Positions 12,016 through 25,068 of a stretch of DNA of 64,000 nt are shown here, piece by piece. Origin of the DNA: Styela clava (taxonomy: Eukaryota); assembly GCF_964204865.1 (NCBI RefSeq), contig NC_135252.1, positions 12,958,001-13,022,000 on the forward strand, in the 5' to 3' direction. The position numbers and the translations under genes are program-made. The first letter of the stretch is position 1, and each line of letters begins with the position of its first letter. Below the pieces are notes generated by a model, which saw only the letters and a program-made list of their open reading frames with translations, was not told the origin of the DNA and did no database searches.

Positions 12016-14389
12016 TCACCAAGGTAACTTACATAGTTTATCATGGCATGTAGCGTAATAAGGACATTCGGAGCAAGCTGGCCCTTTGCTGAAGGTTGGA
12101 ATTCTGAAAATTATTTAAATCAAATTAAAGATTGTCTTCCATTCAGTGCCAGCATCGTGCTATTCACTTGCAGGACTACTTTTGATTAGACATACTGTGG
12201 AAGATCCCATTTTATTTGTGTCTACATATACTGGGACTAAATCCGTCTTAAATTCAAATGCACTGTCGGATGTTTTAGGCTGGTTGTCAAAACACTTAGT
12301 TGCCGCAATGACCCTGTGGCTAGAACGTTGAACCTGGTGTGGGGACGTCGCAGTTTGAAAACATTTGCTCGCGCATTTATTCCCGCGCCAGGCCAAGGAG
12401 TACGTGCAGTAAGCTACTTTTTAAGAAAATAAAGCATTTCACGCCAATAAAAATTACATGCTGTGATCAGTTAAATAATATACTAACCCCGCAATTAGAC
12501 CTTCTCTAAACTGGCACACGATATTCTTTTCATCAGATGAACTACAAATTAAAAGGAATTTGTATTAATGAAATAAAAGACAATATTTCAAGTAAATGCA
12601 AGCATTAAATAGTTAACTTTTGATATTTTGTTTTTATAATAAATACCTTGATTATTTTGATGAGATGTTCTATAATACACTCTGAAAAATTCACGACACA
12701 TTCTTCTTCTCCAGCGGTATTTTGATAGTAGGAACTTTAGTTTACTTTTAATTTATGAGGTATTTAACTTCAAAATTTAAACAAAAAAGATTCACATTCC
12801 TAGCGTTTTACAATTGAATCCACTGTTCATCTCTGTATCAACGCATGAACATGAAAACGAGAATAGAAAACGAGAAGAGAACCGAAGACTTATCGATCGA
12901 AAGTTATGGGATCCCCCAAAACAGACAAATACCTATCAACATACTTACCAAATAAAATCGATAAGTAATAACAGACACATTTTCCATCACCTATTAGATC
13001 GGAAATAATCGATTCATGGTTTTGTCTTACCAAGTTGCTATTCCGCATCCAACTTTGTATGTTGGAGCAAAGACTAATTGCTTGTAGTGTCCGCATCTAT
13101 AACAGGAGCCATCTTCTTCCATGTTGTTGATCTAAGCAGATTTGAGCACGGTAATTTATGAACATAAAACATATTATGAAGTTCAAAATAACGAGTTATC
13201 CATTCACTTTTGAATTTCTGATGTATGTATAAAAGATAGACGTGGATAATTTCGAAGCAACTGAAATGAAAGTTCCGGATTTGGACATCGGTCCGGCTTA
13301 TAGTGAAATAAATCGCATACAATTAGAGCAAAAATGTCATATATAAAATATAGGAATTGACGAACCTCATCGTACCACGCACTCAAAGCAGACATTAAGT
13401 GATCATCAACATCCGTTGGTTTTTTGATAACTGCCAATGTTTCACCATATCCCATTCCAGCGTAGGCACTGTAGCCGAATTTACACAAACTGGGGTAACA
13501 TAATTTATACAAATATTTATATTTTTCGATAAAATAAAATTGCTATTTTATATTCGAGATGTTTCGACATCTATCAAAGGTAATTACTTCAAAACAAGAA
13601 AGAAATGCTCGAGAAGTCTACATGGACACGAGTAGTAGGGTTTCAAGTAGACTATGGTACGGTGAATTTCAAAACTTCGAAGCGAAAAACAAATTCCACA
13701 GAGCTCACAAAAATTTTTGAAATAAATAAAAGTAACGGACGTCTAGCGAATATAGACAGGAGTACTACTCTTTTACTGTACCGGTAATGCACCTTTGTGA
13801 AAAACGCCCGATTACATTGACCACCACATTGCGGAAAATGCTACGTTGGAACCGCTACACGGTGCGTGAATTTAAAAACTTTGAAGCGAAAAACATATTT
13901 TACAGAGATCACACAAATTTTTGTATTAAGTAACAGCTGTCTAGCGACAACAACAAAATTTGTGGACTAAAAAATGACCAAGTAGTTGATCAACATTTGA
14001 TAAACAAAAAACTGTCCATAGGTCCATTGCGTGCCAAAACACGTAGTCCAACTCAATGTTAAAAAATTGTTTCATCGTTCTACGAAAGATTTAACAAAAA
14101 TCTCACGCGGCTTGATCAGCAGCACCACCGGCAAGCTCACTATCCCACGATACAAGATACATATCGCTCGCTCCTTGCTGTCTGCGATAATCATTCAGTT
14201 GATTGACTATCGAATCTTTCTGATATTGTGTAAGGGGTATAGGTTCTGAAACATAGGATTTATTTTTTATAAGATATTCTACTATGGAACATATATAATT
14301 TTATGACAAGTTTTATACTCACCGCCCGCCTGAGCTCCAACACAAAAACAGAGGAAAATAGAGATTGCTCGTAAACTAAAAATTTCCAT
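12016..14389 (-). CDS. Secreted CAP/SCP-superfamily protein (GLIPR1/PI16/CRISP-like), 6 exons (14389-14323, 14245-14107, 13489-13366, 13131-13031, 12541-12488, 12103-12016), ~190 aa
   Basis: Signal peptide MEIFSLRAISIFLCFCVGAQA; LNDYRRQQGASDMYLVSWDSELA; YGETLA; SAWYDE; CGHYKQLVFAPTYKVGCG (CAP1); IVCQF; hinge GPACSECPYYATCHDKLC. Phases are consistent. The 3' end is uncertain because a gtaagt donor overlaps LCK. Confidence 0.9.
12868..12972 (+). mobile_element. Short, internally deleted copy of the 2277 element in CAP intron 4
   Basis: accgaagacttatcgatcgaaagttatgggatcccccaaaacag...atcgataagtaata, with inverted subterminal repeat acttatcgat/atcgataagt. Confidence 0.6.
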
Positions 14390-14561
14390 TTTTCGTTATA
14401 TATTTGATTTTGAAATTTTCTAAAATTCTAAAAATAAGCTTTGAGTATATAAAACAATGTTGAATGAGCGGGTGTTGTTTTTGGTAAAGCTTCAAAATAC
14501 TGCTATGTTTGAAATTTTGAAATATTTTTAATAAATAATGTGTTTCCAACTTATCCTAAAG

Positions 14562-15547
14562 TCTCTCGTGATATACCATCTTATAAGTTGCGGATAATAT
14601 TTGACCAAAGCATTCTTACCTGATATTGTGAATTTGCTATCAAGTTTCTACTTTGAACAACTAAAATCAAATCATATGTACTGCATTATTTAAAGCTTAA
14701 AAGTGTTTGTATGTTTATACTCTGTCACTCATTAGTTGTGACACTGTACGCAGGAACTGTCAATACACGATGGATTATATATTGTTTTGATTTACTCCTC
14801 ACAAGATATCTTTCTGTACACACCGACAAGATCAATCAAGAATACTTGAATACCTATTGAAGGTTGTATACCAAAATGAAACTTTAAGACGGCAGTTGAC
14901 GCACACATACAGCAATAGGTATATACTCCTATATGCATTTTACCTGCCTATGTTAATTTAGATTTCTTTTTTGCGGGTTCCAAATAAATAATATGTTTTT
15001 TTTTTATTATTTTGTGTTAAACTATAGAATTTGTTTCCAAAAAGTCGAATTTGTTTACCTGTATACTGGATCATAGTTGCACTTGTACCTACATTAATTA
15101 ATCAGACCCGCTAAAAGTAATTTTAGTTTATTTCAATTTTCAACAATGAAGGGGTCCGTTATTTGTTATGAAACATATTTTTATAATTCTCTCGCGATAT
15201 ACTGTTTTATAAGGTGTGAATAATATTAGCACAAAATATTCTTTGTCGATATCGTGACTTTGATATCAAGTTTCTACTTTGGACGACTTATATCAAATCA
15301 ACTGTAGGGCCTGTTGCAATATTTAAAGCTCGAAAGTATTTGTATGTTTATACTTTGTTGTGACACTTGGCGCAAGGCATTCGAACTGTCAATACACGAT
15401 ATATTATATATTATATTGATCTACTCCTCACATAACACCTTTCTGCACACACCGTAAAAATCCACCAAGAATAATTGAGTTCGTATTAAAGGTTGTAAAC
15501 CATAACGAAACTTTAGGACGACAGATGACACACACAAACAACAATAT
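14562..15547. repeat. Diverged direct duplication (~360 bp; 14562-14920 and 15188-15547) upstream of the CAP gene
   Basis: Shared blocks tctctcg.gatata, tatcaagtttctactttg, tttgtatgtttatact, gaactgtcaatacacgat, tactcctcaca, aaggttgta. Confidence 0.85.
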
Positions 15548-17244
15548 CTATTCTGTTACTGATGATATGATTTGTTCATAAATTTAAGACAATCAAAATT
15601 TGCATGTTTTATATTTATGTAGTTTTTTCTTTGTGCGTACCAAAACACAATTTGCTAACGTGCATAATCACACCTAACCTAAATTTCTAATACTATTTAA
15701 AAGCAGAGATTGTGATGAAGGTTATAATTTTTATTTCTCATTAATATATAAGAAATAATACCGAAACTGAATTCATGAGTTGTCGATTCAGAGTTCGAAA
15801 AGCTGGTGACAACATTATAGATATTTTCAACAAATTTGAACGAAATCTTTGTAAAATCAATTTCAATAAACGTGTATTTCTCCGAATAAAGCATTGTAAT
15901 TAAAATTTAGAATTAAATTTAGTAAGTATTGATAATCTTTTACATTTCTTTTCAGAAATATTTACTACTAGTCGGCTGCAAATGGCGTTAAAAACATCAA
16001 CCCATGAATGCATCTCTTTGTTTATACTTCGAACTTCTCCGACAGTTTGCATCAATATCGGGCGACAAATCCTTGGATTTCTTACTGTATACAAAGATGA
16101 TTCGGACATATTCGAATTGAAAACATTATCCAGAACTATTATTGTTATTGTAGTTTAGAAACAAGCTTTCATCAATTCTATTTTTGTTTCGGGTACCGAA
16201 CCAATTATGAAATACATACTTCACAAAAAATAAACTAAGGCTGTACAGTGCACTATTATAAATACCTTGCTTAGAATATGTGAACAAAATTAATTTTAAA
16301 GTTTACTTGTTCAGCTATTCATTTCATACTACATTTATATCAAAATTTATTTCCGGACCAAAACGGGTTAATCAAAGGTTCAATGCGTGACCTTTTTTGG
16401 TATGATACCTTTTTTGATAAGTATGATCCCGTACTATGCAAAATCCATTATTATGTTTAAGTAAGGTCTTTCATGTTTATTTGAAGCCTATCCCAACGCA
16501 AACTTAGATCGAGTAATTTAAATAAATAAAATGTTTTTTTTTATGAAATAAACGAAACCACGCCATCGTTTTTTGTCATTGATAATTCCGTCTCCATTGT
16601 TTCAATGAGCGCTGAAACTGTTTGTAATCAAATTCCATTTATACAAATGCAAGTTGTTTGGGTTCTCATGAGCTACCAATTTGTTCTGAATGAAATGTAT
16701 GATGTTTGGGCCGAATCAATTCAGATACATATAAAAACCAATGTGAAGTCATTGTCAGAAACAAATTTCGGTCTCGGATATCATATATATCATATATCTA
16801 GTTTTTCTCAACCTATGTATGTTTGTGACTTTGTTGTGAAGCAAATTTGACTCAATTTTTGCAGAAAGCAACACATTTAGAACACTTGGCTGAATACAAC
16901 AAATGTTTGTTAGAACATATATATGAGGACATAACAATCATACCTACAAGTCGGCGCGCTTCATCAACAAATATTAATTTTAAAATATTAATTTATAACA
17001 TGTATTTAATCAAGTAATATTGTCAAGTAAAAATAATTGTTATTATACATAATATAATTGACTTAATAAAAATGACAAAACAAATGCATTTTGTACAATT
17101 ATACATCTATTACATACATATTTAATAAAAATAAATCAGGTACAGTTGCATTTTAATGTCAAAGTTCAAGTTATTAATATTGATTTGAAATATAATTTAC
17201 TGAAAAAATAGAAAATTAAATTAAAATATTACATATCTTAGAAT

Positions 17245-17842
17245 CATGATCAGTAGCAGCCGGTATGCGTCCAGAATCTCCGCTTATAGTTGAAACCCGC
17301 ACCATGCAACCTGTTACCATCCATAGAAACTTGCGGATCTATAACGGCAGCGAGATTAATGGCACGTTACGAAACTGCCAGTTCATTTAAGCACTGTGTG
17401 TTTCGTAGACATTCTCGTGTGAGTGATATACTGTGGCAAATAATTAAAATAAGGTTCATAAAAATTCCTGAGGCTTCCCCAGTTCATGAAGTATTGAGAC
17501 GAAATACGACTTGTTCGAAAGAGTATTATTTTGTTCTGCGAAAGGTAGCGTTCTTTAAATTTCAATTTCCGACTTGGGTGACGAGAAAACAGCGATACAT
17601 TGTGAAAAAAGTGAAAATTTCATAACGATCGGCGCGGTTTTTGTTGTTGCCATGGAAACGAAACTTCAGTCCGGACTTTCTATGAAACGCACAGTACTAG
17701 AGTGACAGAGAAACCCACGTGTTAAGTTTCATCTAGATCGGTCCAGCCATTAAGACGCTAGAGCTTGGACACACAGACAGACAGATAGACATAGGCTACA
17801 GGACCGATAAAAAGGGTCTCCTATAGCGGAGATCCAATAATA
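17245..17842 (+). mobile_element. Helentron/HINE (DINE-1)-like non-autonomous element just 3' of the GPCR stop
   Basis: Subterminal inverted repeats atctccgcttatag (17276) and ctatagcggagat (17821), an internal (CAGA)n tract at ~17775, a 3' stem-loop and an end gatccaataata that also occurs at ~599. Confidence 0.55.
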
Positions 17843-17902
17843 TTCGACAGTGAAGCAATTATTACAGTTTTCTGCGTCGTTACATGACTAAACTCAGATG
17901 AT

Positions 17903-20900
17903 TCAAGGATTGATTTGCACTTGTTTGTTAGTGGATCTTGGTGGGGCATCTGCATTTGTTGTATTGTTGTCTTGTTTAGTTTGTTTAAAACAAAGTTTTG
18001 TTGTCACATATGTCTTTGTGGCTTTCCGCATTGTGCTGTAAAGTTTTTAGATCAAAAAATATATTAGGTTATGAAAAAAAAACATTATATCATTATATAA
18101 TTAGGGATGGGACGAGTCCGGCATTACAGAGATTCGACGAATCCGAGTAATAGGTCAAGGACTCGAATCGAATCCTCCGAGTCCGTGACGTCACAATGTA
18201 AGAGTGGAAAAACACGTTTTTGACCATACTACAGCATCGCGCGCTCACAAACATACGACGTAGCTCATATTTTTTGCCTAATGGTTCTGCAGATAGCTGT
18301 TGAATCAATTTAAAAATATATTTTTCATATTTTTTTGGCTGCCATAATACAAACGTAAACGTGGGTCAATGTGCGCCTTGGCTGTGAACTGGATTTTCAG
18401 CCCACCACCTTGCGTCAATTCTGGGCGGCCATTTAGAAATTCTTACATGTCAAATAGAAAAATAAAAAGCTTTTGACTACAATGCTTTCCCATAATTCCA
18501 GATATTTCTAACCTTAAATTTACTATGCCGCGTGTGCAAATGATAGAGAGATGCCACTTGTCGTTAATACAATGCTTGCAATTTAGTAGTTCACGTAAAC
18601 GTTCTGAAACGCTCCATGCTTTCCATTGCTCCCTTTTTGGAGAAAGGATTGCACGTAATAAACTCGATTTAAAAGAGGTATTGAGGAGATTCCCCCTTGG
18701 GTTGATCCTGCGCATGTTTCATATTTATTTACGCGAATCGAAAACTCAAAAATATTGCGCAAACACATATTTTATTGTGTACCACATGTATACCAAAAAG
18801 GATAGATAGTTTGAAGGCGACTGGCGCATCATTGTTATAAGCTATCAATAGTTTTTACCTTATATTATCTGGATATCTGTCGTCGTTTTCATTAGGAGTG
18901 TTTATAATACACACGAGTGATATTGTTAAATATCTAACCTTGAATTTCAACTACTTAAGGTAGATAGTGAGATTTATAGGGGTAAAAGTACAAAAATAGG
19001 CGTAAATTAGTAAAAACAGAATTGGTTATAGACTCGGTAAAAACGACGTGGACTCGAAATCGAATCCGAGTCTAAAAAATGCCTGGATTCGACTCGAATC
19101 CCGGCCCATCCCTATTATATATATATAAAGTCCTCTATAATTATGTAATTATTATTTTTATGTTTATTTTGTTGTACTGCATTTTTCTTTACGATAGCTT
19201 TTATTTTTTTCTCAACAAAACGAATACAAGGTTTATGGACATTACCTTGATGCAATGTTGTAGAATATAGGATTTAAACATTCGGATATTCTCAAGCACA
19301 AAAGTGATGATAATTTAAGTATCCATGTTTGTCTTTCAACAAATTTTTGGCCGTTTTCGAATCGAATTCTCGCCGCTAATCGATAACCTGCGTATCAGAA
19401 AAATAGTCATAAAATAGAAGAAAAATATCTTCTACTTTTATTTCTAAAAGCTTGAAATATTTCAATTAGTTTGAAAAGATTACAACAAAACATTGAATAC
19501 ATCGAATACAATTTTCAAAGTGTTGAAAGTTCACGCAATGAATATATCCTACCTGCATCGGGAAGATATCCGATCAAAAATGACAACAGTATGAGTGAAA
19601 GCTGTAGAAGAGCAAAATTTTCTTTGCTCACATCAACATCAGATCCTCTATCTTTATTAGTTGAATAAACAGACAGAATAGTCAATAATCAAATTTTAAT
19701 GAATGACAAACGAGGAAACAGAATAAAATACTCATTTTGTTACTTTCAGAACTAATTAACCTGCATAATAATCATAATCAAACAAAAACAAAACAAAAAC
19801 GCAGTCGCATACCTTTCTGGCGAAGTCTTTTTCTTTGTATCACCAAGCAAATTAATACAAATGTTAACAGAACAACTGTTAATATTGGAGACCAAAGAAA
19901 TATTGGAAAGGCTATATTTGTATATATAGTTATGTACTTCATCCTGAAAATTTGTGTAAAAAGTTATGTAAACATACATTACAAAGTTCAACGATGGAAA
20001 ACATAATGGGCTATTATAATTAGATAAACATTTATACTGAAACTGTTGATTTCTATTTGATACAAGTGTGACTGAATATGTATCAGGCTACACAGTAATG
20101 TACAGATATTCATGAAGATCAGGATTTTGATTATCTTAAAATTGCACCGGAAAACACCATAATTTTATCTTGTTATCCACTTATCGTGGGTGCTTTTGGG
20201 TGCCTTCAATGCGATCGATATCGAACTCAATGTAATGCAGCCATGCAATGCTTTCATGCAAAAAAAGGAATAAAATTTCATTTGATAAATACTTAATTAC
20301 ATGGGTCTATGTGATATATATATATATATTATCACCAAGATACTACTTACTGATCCTTGTGTGCACTACATCCAACGCCTAGAGGATTGAATTCATCTGC
20401 AGAATAAACGTATGGGAACCAGAAGTAGAAAATAAAATTTGCCAAAAATGTTTCTATCCAAATAACCATCACAAGTATCTGTTATATAAATTTGGTTACA
20501 CAAGTACATACTTTAAACATGGTACCACCGATTTCAATTTAAATATTTAAAAAAGTTTGATTCAATAGTACATGTGAACCACCAAAAAAAAACGTTTGGG
20601 AAGTATTATTTTGTATATTTTATATTGATAGTTATGTTATATTTGTGGTTGTTGGGTAGAACAATAATTATATAAATGTTATATTTAGTTTAACTGAGTT
20701 CTTCTCTGGATATTTTATTAAGATTATTGAAAAAGGGAAATAAAGTTGCTTGATAATTTTGTTGTTCCTTTTTATTTTTTTGTGTGCACATAGTAAAGTT
20801 AGTATATTATGATTGTAATTTCATCGAATATAAAATATGCCAAATTAGCGACTTTGTTTGTTATGAAATATTTCATCAAGTATTTACCGTTAATTTTTTG

Positions 20901-22671
20901 TGTGATATTATTTCAGAAACAATTATTTATTTAATCTTATTTTAATATTTATTGATTTTTAATTTCATTATTTTTTATAAATAACACTGTAAAGTGACAT
21001 TTCTTGAAGTCATTTTAGGTACCAAGTGAAGTGAACGTTTCTGATGGAATGGTTAAATATTCTTCCATTTATTTCGGCCCCGTTATTGCATGACTATCTA
21101 AGACCAAGATTTAGTCGAGTGCAAACTTACAAAAAATATTCTTATTACTACCAATACCTTTGCTTTATAGACGGTAAATATCTTCATACGATGAGGAAAT
21201 TTTATTGCAGCAATACGAAGTATTGTAAACACAAGAATATGTTGAATAGTTACACAACTGGTCCAAAATTTAAAAGCCATTGTCGTCTAAAAGTGATAAA
21301 CTTTTATGCATTAATGCTTACTAACAATGCTAACAATGCAACAACCAAATTTAACTAGGTGAGTCTAGAACTACATCTAAAAAAAGTCATTTCTGTATTT
21401 CATCAATATACTTCAGAGTCAATTCATTGATAAGTTTTTTAGTTAATGATTTAACCTTATGATGCGTAAATGAGCGCTTAAGTGAGTTTTTGATAAAATT
21501 AATAACTGTAATCAGAAAAAAAAGTAAACAGACCTTGCAAAAAAATGTTGGTAAATAGTATGAGCGATAACCGAATGTTGATCGATAAACAGCGAACGGA
21601 CTATTCCAAGCAGATATGAAATCCGAAAATGCAAGACTACATATTATTACGTTGAACGCAGATCTGAAAAAGATTGATAAAATGAAATTACCTCTTCAGC
21701 TGCGTCTTTTTAGCAAACTTCATACTGTCATGTTTAGATTTGTTATTCTACTATACTATGTTACTATGTAATATACTGATCCGTTTCTATTAAAAGTCTT
21801 CAAATTTAAATTACTTAATTTCATCTGAATATATCTATCTTGTTTTTCAATGGGTATCAATAAATCTTTACGTTTGAGTATTACTATACGGGAACTTTAA
21901 TTCGGCGAGCATCCATCTCCTCCATTATCAATGGGGAGCATATATTCCGCGTGGAAATCGGTTGAAAACTGTAGAATAATTTTCAGCTGGTTTTCTGCTT
22001 CATTCACAATGTGTTAAATGCAATAAGATTCAACATCTCAAACACCAGAGATATGCTGACTTTGACTTAAAAAAACTTTTTATAAAAGTATCAAATCCGA
22101 AAGTTACGACAATTCTCGCTTACTCACGTTTTTAAATCTGCTGACTTTTTTACAACAAGTATTGTCAATGCATTTGCAAAAATTCCAAATACAAATAATA
22201 TACCCACAATAGTACAACATGAAATTGCTCCAGCAAGCGTCAAAAAATCATTTCTCTGCCTGTTAAAATATAAGAAATTAAAATTCATTTTCTTTTTGTC
22301 ATACCATAATAAAGATGTTTACAAGAGCCTTAACTTAATAAGATAGTATTTTGAATGAACTCAAACAATTGGCATGCAAGACTTTTATTACAAACATTGT
22401 TGCACATATCTTTTTCAAAATATCGTGCTTATATTTTTTCACAAGTACATTACAAAACTAAATAAATGCATGGTAAACACCACTAATTATTAAGTTATAC
22501 ATTGTAAAATATAATACTATGTTGTTTATTTTTATATTACTGGAATAGAAATGAGTAAAAACTTTAGTCATACCCGCTTTTTGTAGTTAATCCTTCAAAA
22601 GATGTTGTATTGCTTGTGTTAAATAGTTTGGTTGTCAACGATGAAGATGGAAGAATGATAGAATTGTTCAT
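17903..22671 (-). CDS. Divergent rhodopsin-class (class A) GPCR, 9 coding exons (22671-22574, 22259-22128, 21663-21534, 21286-21158, 20478-20351, 19943-19813, 19651-19553, 19387-19246, 18035-17903), 373 aa
   Basis: N-terminus with NNS/NTS/NTT sequons; TM1 FGIFANALTILVV; TM2 SLAFSD; ECL1 FFCK; TM3 end ILRIAAIKFP; TM4 VIW; ECL2 Cys; TM5 WSP; TM6 FLIGYLP; TM7 SECLNPIFY; helix 8 SSTMRKATK. All junctions GT-AG and in phase. Confidence 0.92.
18102..19114. mobile_element. hAT-like MITE in the last GPCR intron
   Basis: TIR tagggatggg...cccatcccta, repeated subterminal gactcgaatc motifs, and ttatata-like flanks on both sides (imperfect TSD). Confidence 0.8.
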
Positions 22672-25068
22672 ATCTTTAGTTCTCAGCAAAAACCACTGAA
22701 TTCTTCTATCGAAGATTAATTTTAATTAGCGAATCTTCCGTTATAAAATATATTAATGTCTTAACTCATTATCTGAAATCTCCTGCCAAAATCGTCGCGT
22801 TACGATATTGTAATGCTAACACACATTTGAATAGAAAAATAGATATTACACTATTGGGTTTAAATGTTGGTTAAATACTTATAGTTATGTTTGTATATTC
22901 ACGATCCGTGAATTTGCACAGAACCGCGGTAATTTTATGGAATTAACATCAAATATTTACAATATACCAGGAAAGATGTTATTTAATTAACCAAAACTGA
23001 ATAAACTTTTATACACAATGTTATAAGATCTAAAGATTCAAATCTTTTATATTTTTTCTATGTATAGCAACGATCACAAATTAGTGCTATTTTGGCGAAT
23101 GTAAAAGCTATCCTATTAGAAAAAAGTTCAACAAACATTGGATTATTTTTAGAAATTGCATGATGCAGTTTAATTATGTATTCGAATACTCCCATCTATC
23201 CAGCTGCAATAAATATAATATGAAAACATTTTGCTATATATACAAACTTTGTATCGATTGTTATATCAACATTTTGAAAATATTTGAACCGGTTTTACAT
23301 CACATAAATGTAAGGAAATTAGCAGAACGCCAGAACAAGCTCTACGTATGTATTAAACAGAATTATCAATTAATACGTCAGATTGCTAAATGATACCCCA
23401 TCGGGTATAAAAGGAATCCAAATGACATGCTTTTATTCGTTCACTATTGCAATATATGAAATCGATATAACATTGTAATTACCGACCATTACTGAAGATT
23501 AGTTAATACCAACTTGAATACAGCTTACAAGATGTAATTATATATTCTCATGTTTTCAAGAAATTAGGTAATGATATGGCAGATTTAACAGATTGCCGAA
23601 ATCATTTCCTTAATGGTATTTACTGATTACCAAAATAGGTTTCTAAAAATAGATCGCAAAGGTTAAACAGCCCCTTGTGACCTACTTCATTTAAAGTTTT
23701 TATATCGCACGAAGATAGTGTTTAAAAATTCACATGTAGGCCTATACTTGTATTTGTATCAATTTTTTCCTTGGTTCTATCTGCCACTTATGAAGCACTT
23801 ACTTTTACATAAAATGAGGTTGTTCTACTTTGTATTTTGTTGGGTTAACTTTAATGTATTATTTGCAACATCATTCAAAAAACTTACTATGTTTAATAAT
23901 ATTGGCGATAATTGATAAAATTTAATGAATATATCAGCGACAAACATTCTCTGACAGAAATATGTCAATACACATCTATAGATAATCTTTGCTTGTACAA
24001 TAATATGTCTCTATGTGTGATAAATTAATTATATATTATGCCAAAGTGCGTTAGAACTACTCACGTTTACCATTAGCTCAGTGATTGCGATTATGCTTTA
24101 CCCTGTATTGAACACAAAGTGTACATTTGTTTGTTTTGTTTTTATGTTGTTGTTACAATTCTTTTTCCTCATTCTTCTTGTTGTTATGAAAAAAATCGCT
24201 TTTCTCAGTAATTACTGGACCAATTGCTTTGGAATTTCCACTGGTTAGAGGGTTACTTGTTACTTTTATTTATTTCGAAAATTTGTGTGCGCTATATGAG
24301 ATATGCTTTTTCTGTGCGATGACCTTATCAAAATTAAAAATTGTAAACCGTGTGGCGGTTCATCGTCCGCGTCAGACAAAGTTGTTAATAGTCTATACTG
24401 TGACAGATTGAATACCCGTGCTACTTCATTTTTGCCTTCGTGTATTTTGCTCTTTGGTTGATTTATTTCAAATTTTTTAGATTATACTACCAGCAAAGAT
24501 CACCATGCCAAAGACACAAGCAGCATTCTCGTTATTTATTCAAATATTTCGATTTATTGTCGACAAAATATTAGACAATGACTAGCAAGAAACAAAAAGA
24601 AAATCCAATCTTCATTACAAAATGCATTGTGTGGTTAAATACGTTTGTGGTAATTACGAAGAGGCAATAAAATACTAATACAAAAGAATGGTTTAACCGA
24701 AGATAACCTGAATTTAGCATGATACGTTTTTAGTGCTCAGAAAGTGACAGATATTGATAAAGGTTCCGCTGGAGAGAGGGAAAGAAGAGAATGAAAGAAT
24801 AAGGAGAAAAAGGCTGATTAAACTGATATTTGAGGCAGCCGGAAAAGGCGAGGGAGATCATTCGGCAAATAAAAAAACGAACGTTACAAAAGTATTTTAA
24901 AGGATCAAGCAGCATGACAAATGAAGGTATTCAAGTTCTGATTAAGTTATATAAAATCTAATACAAAAATCGTTTAGAAAGATTTAATATTGCTATAAAA
25001 TTATTCTTGTATGAAAAGATTCATTTAAAAAATGTACCCCAATAAACCTCTTATGCTAACATCAACAT

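Noticed and set aside
12160-12396. Cys-containing ORF as an additional CAP exon
   Set aside because: The phase-compatible read from the nearest acceptor hits a stop. Exon 5 joins cleanly to the hinge exon at 12103.
15697-16960. Possible minus-strand gene between the CAP and GPCR genes
   Set aside because: There are short ORFs and scattered splice-like sites, but no phase-consistent model or recognisable motif.
24751-24926. Charged ~58-codon plus-strand frame bounded by AG/GT
   Set aside because: No partner exons or homology found. Its purine richness explains the lack of stops.
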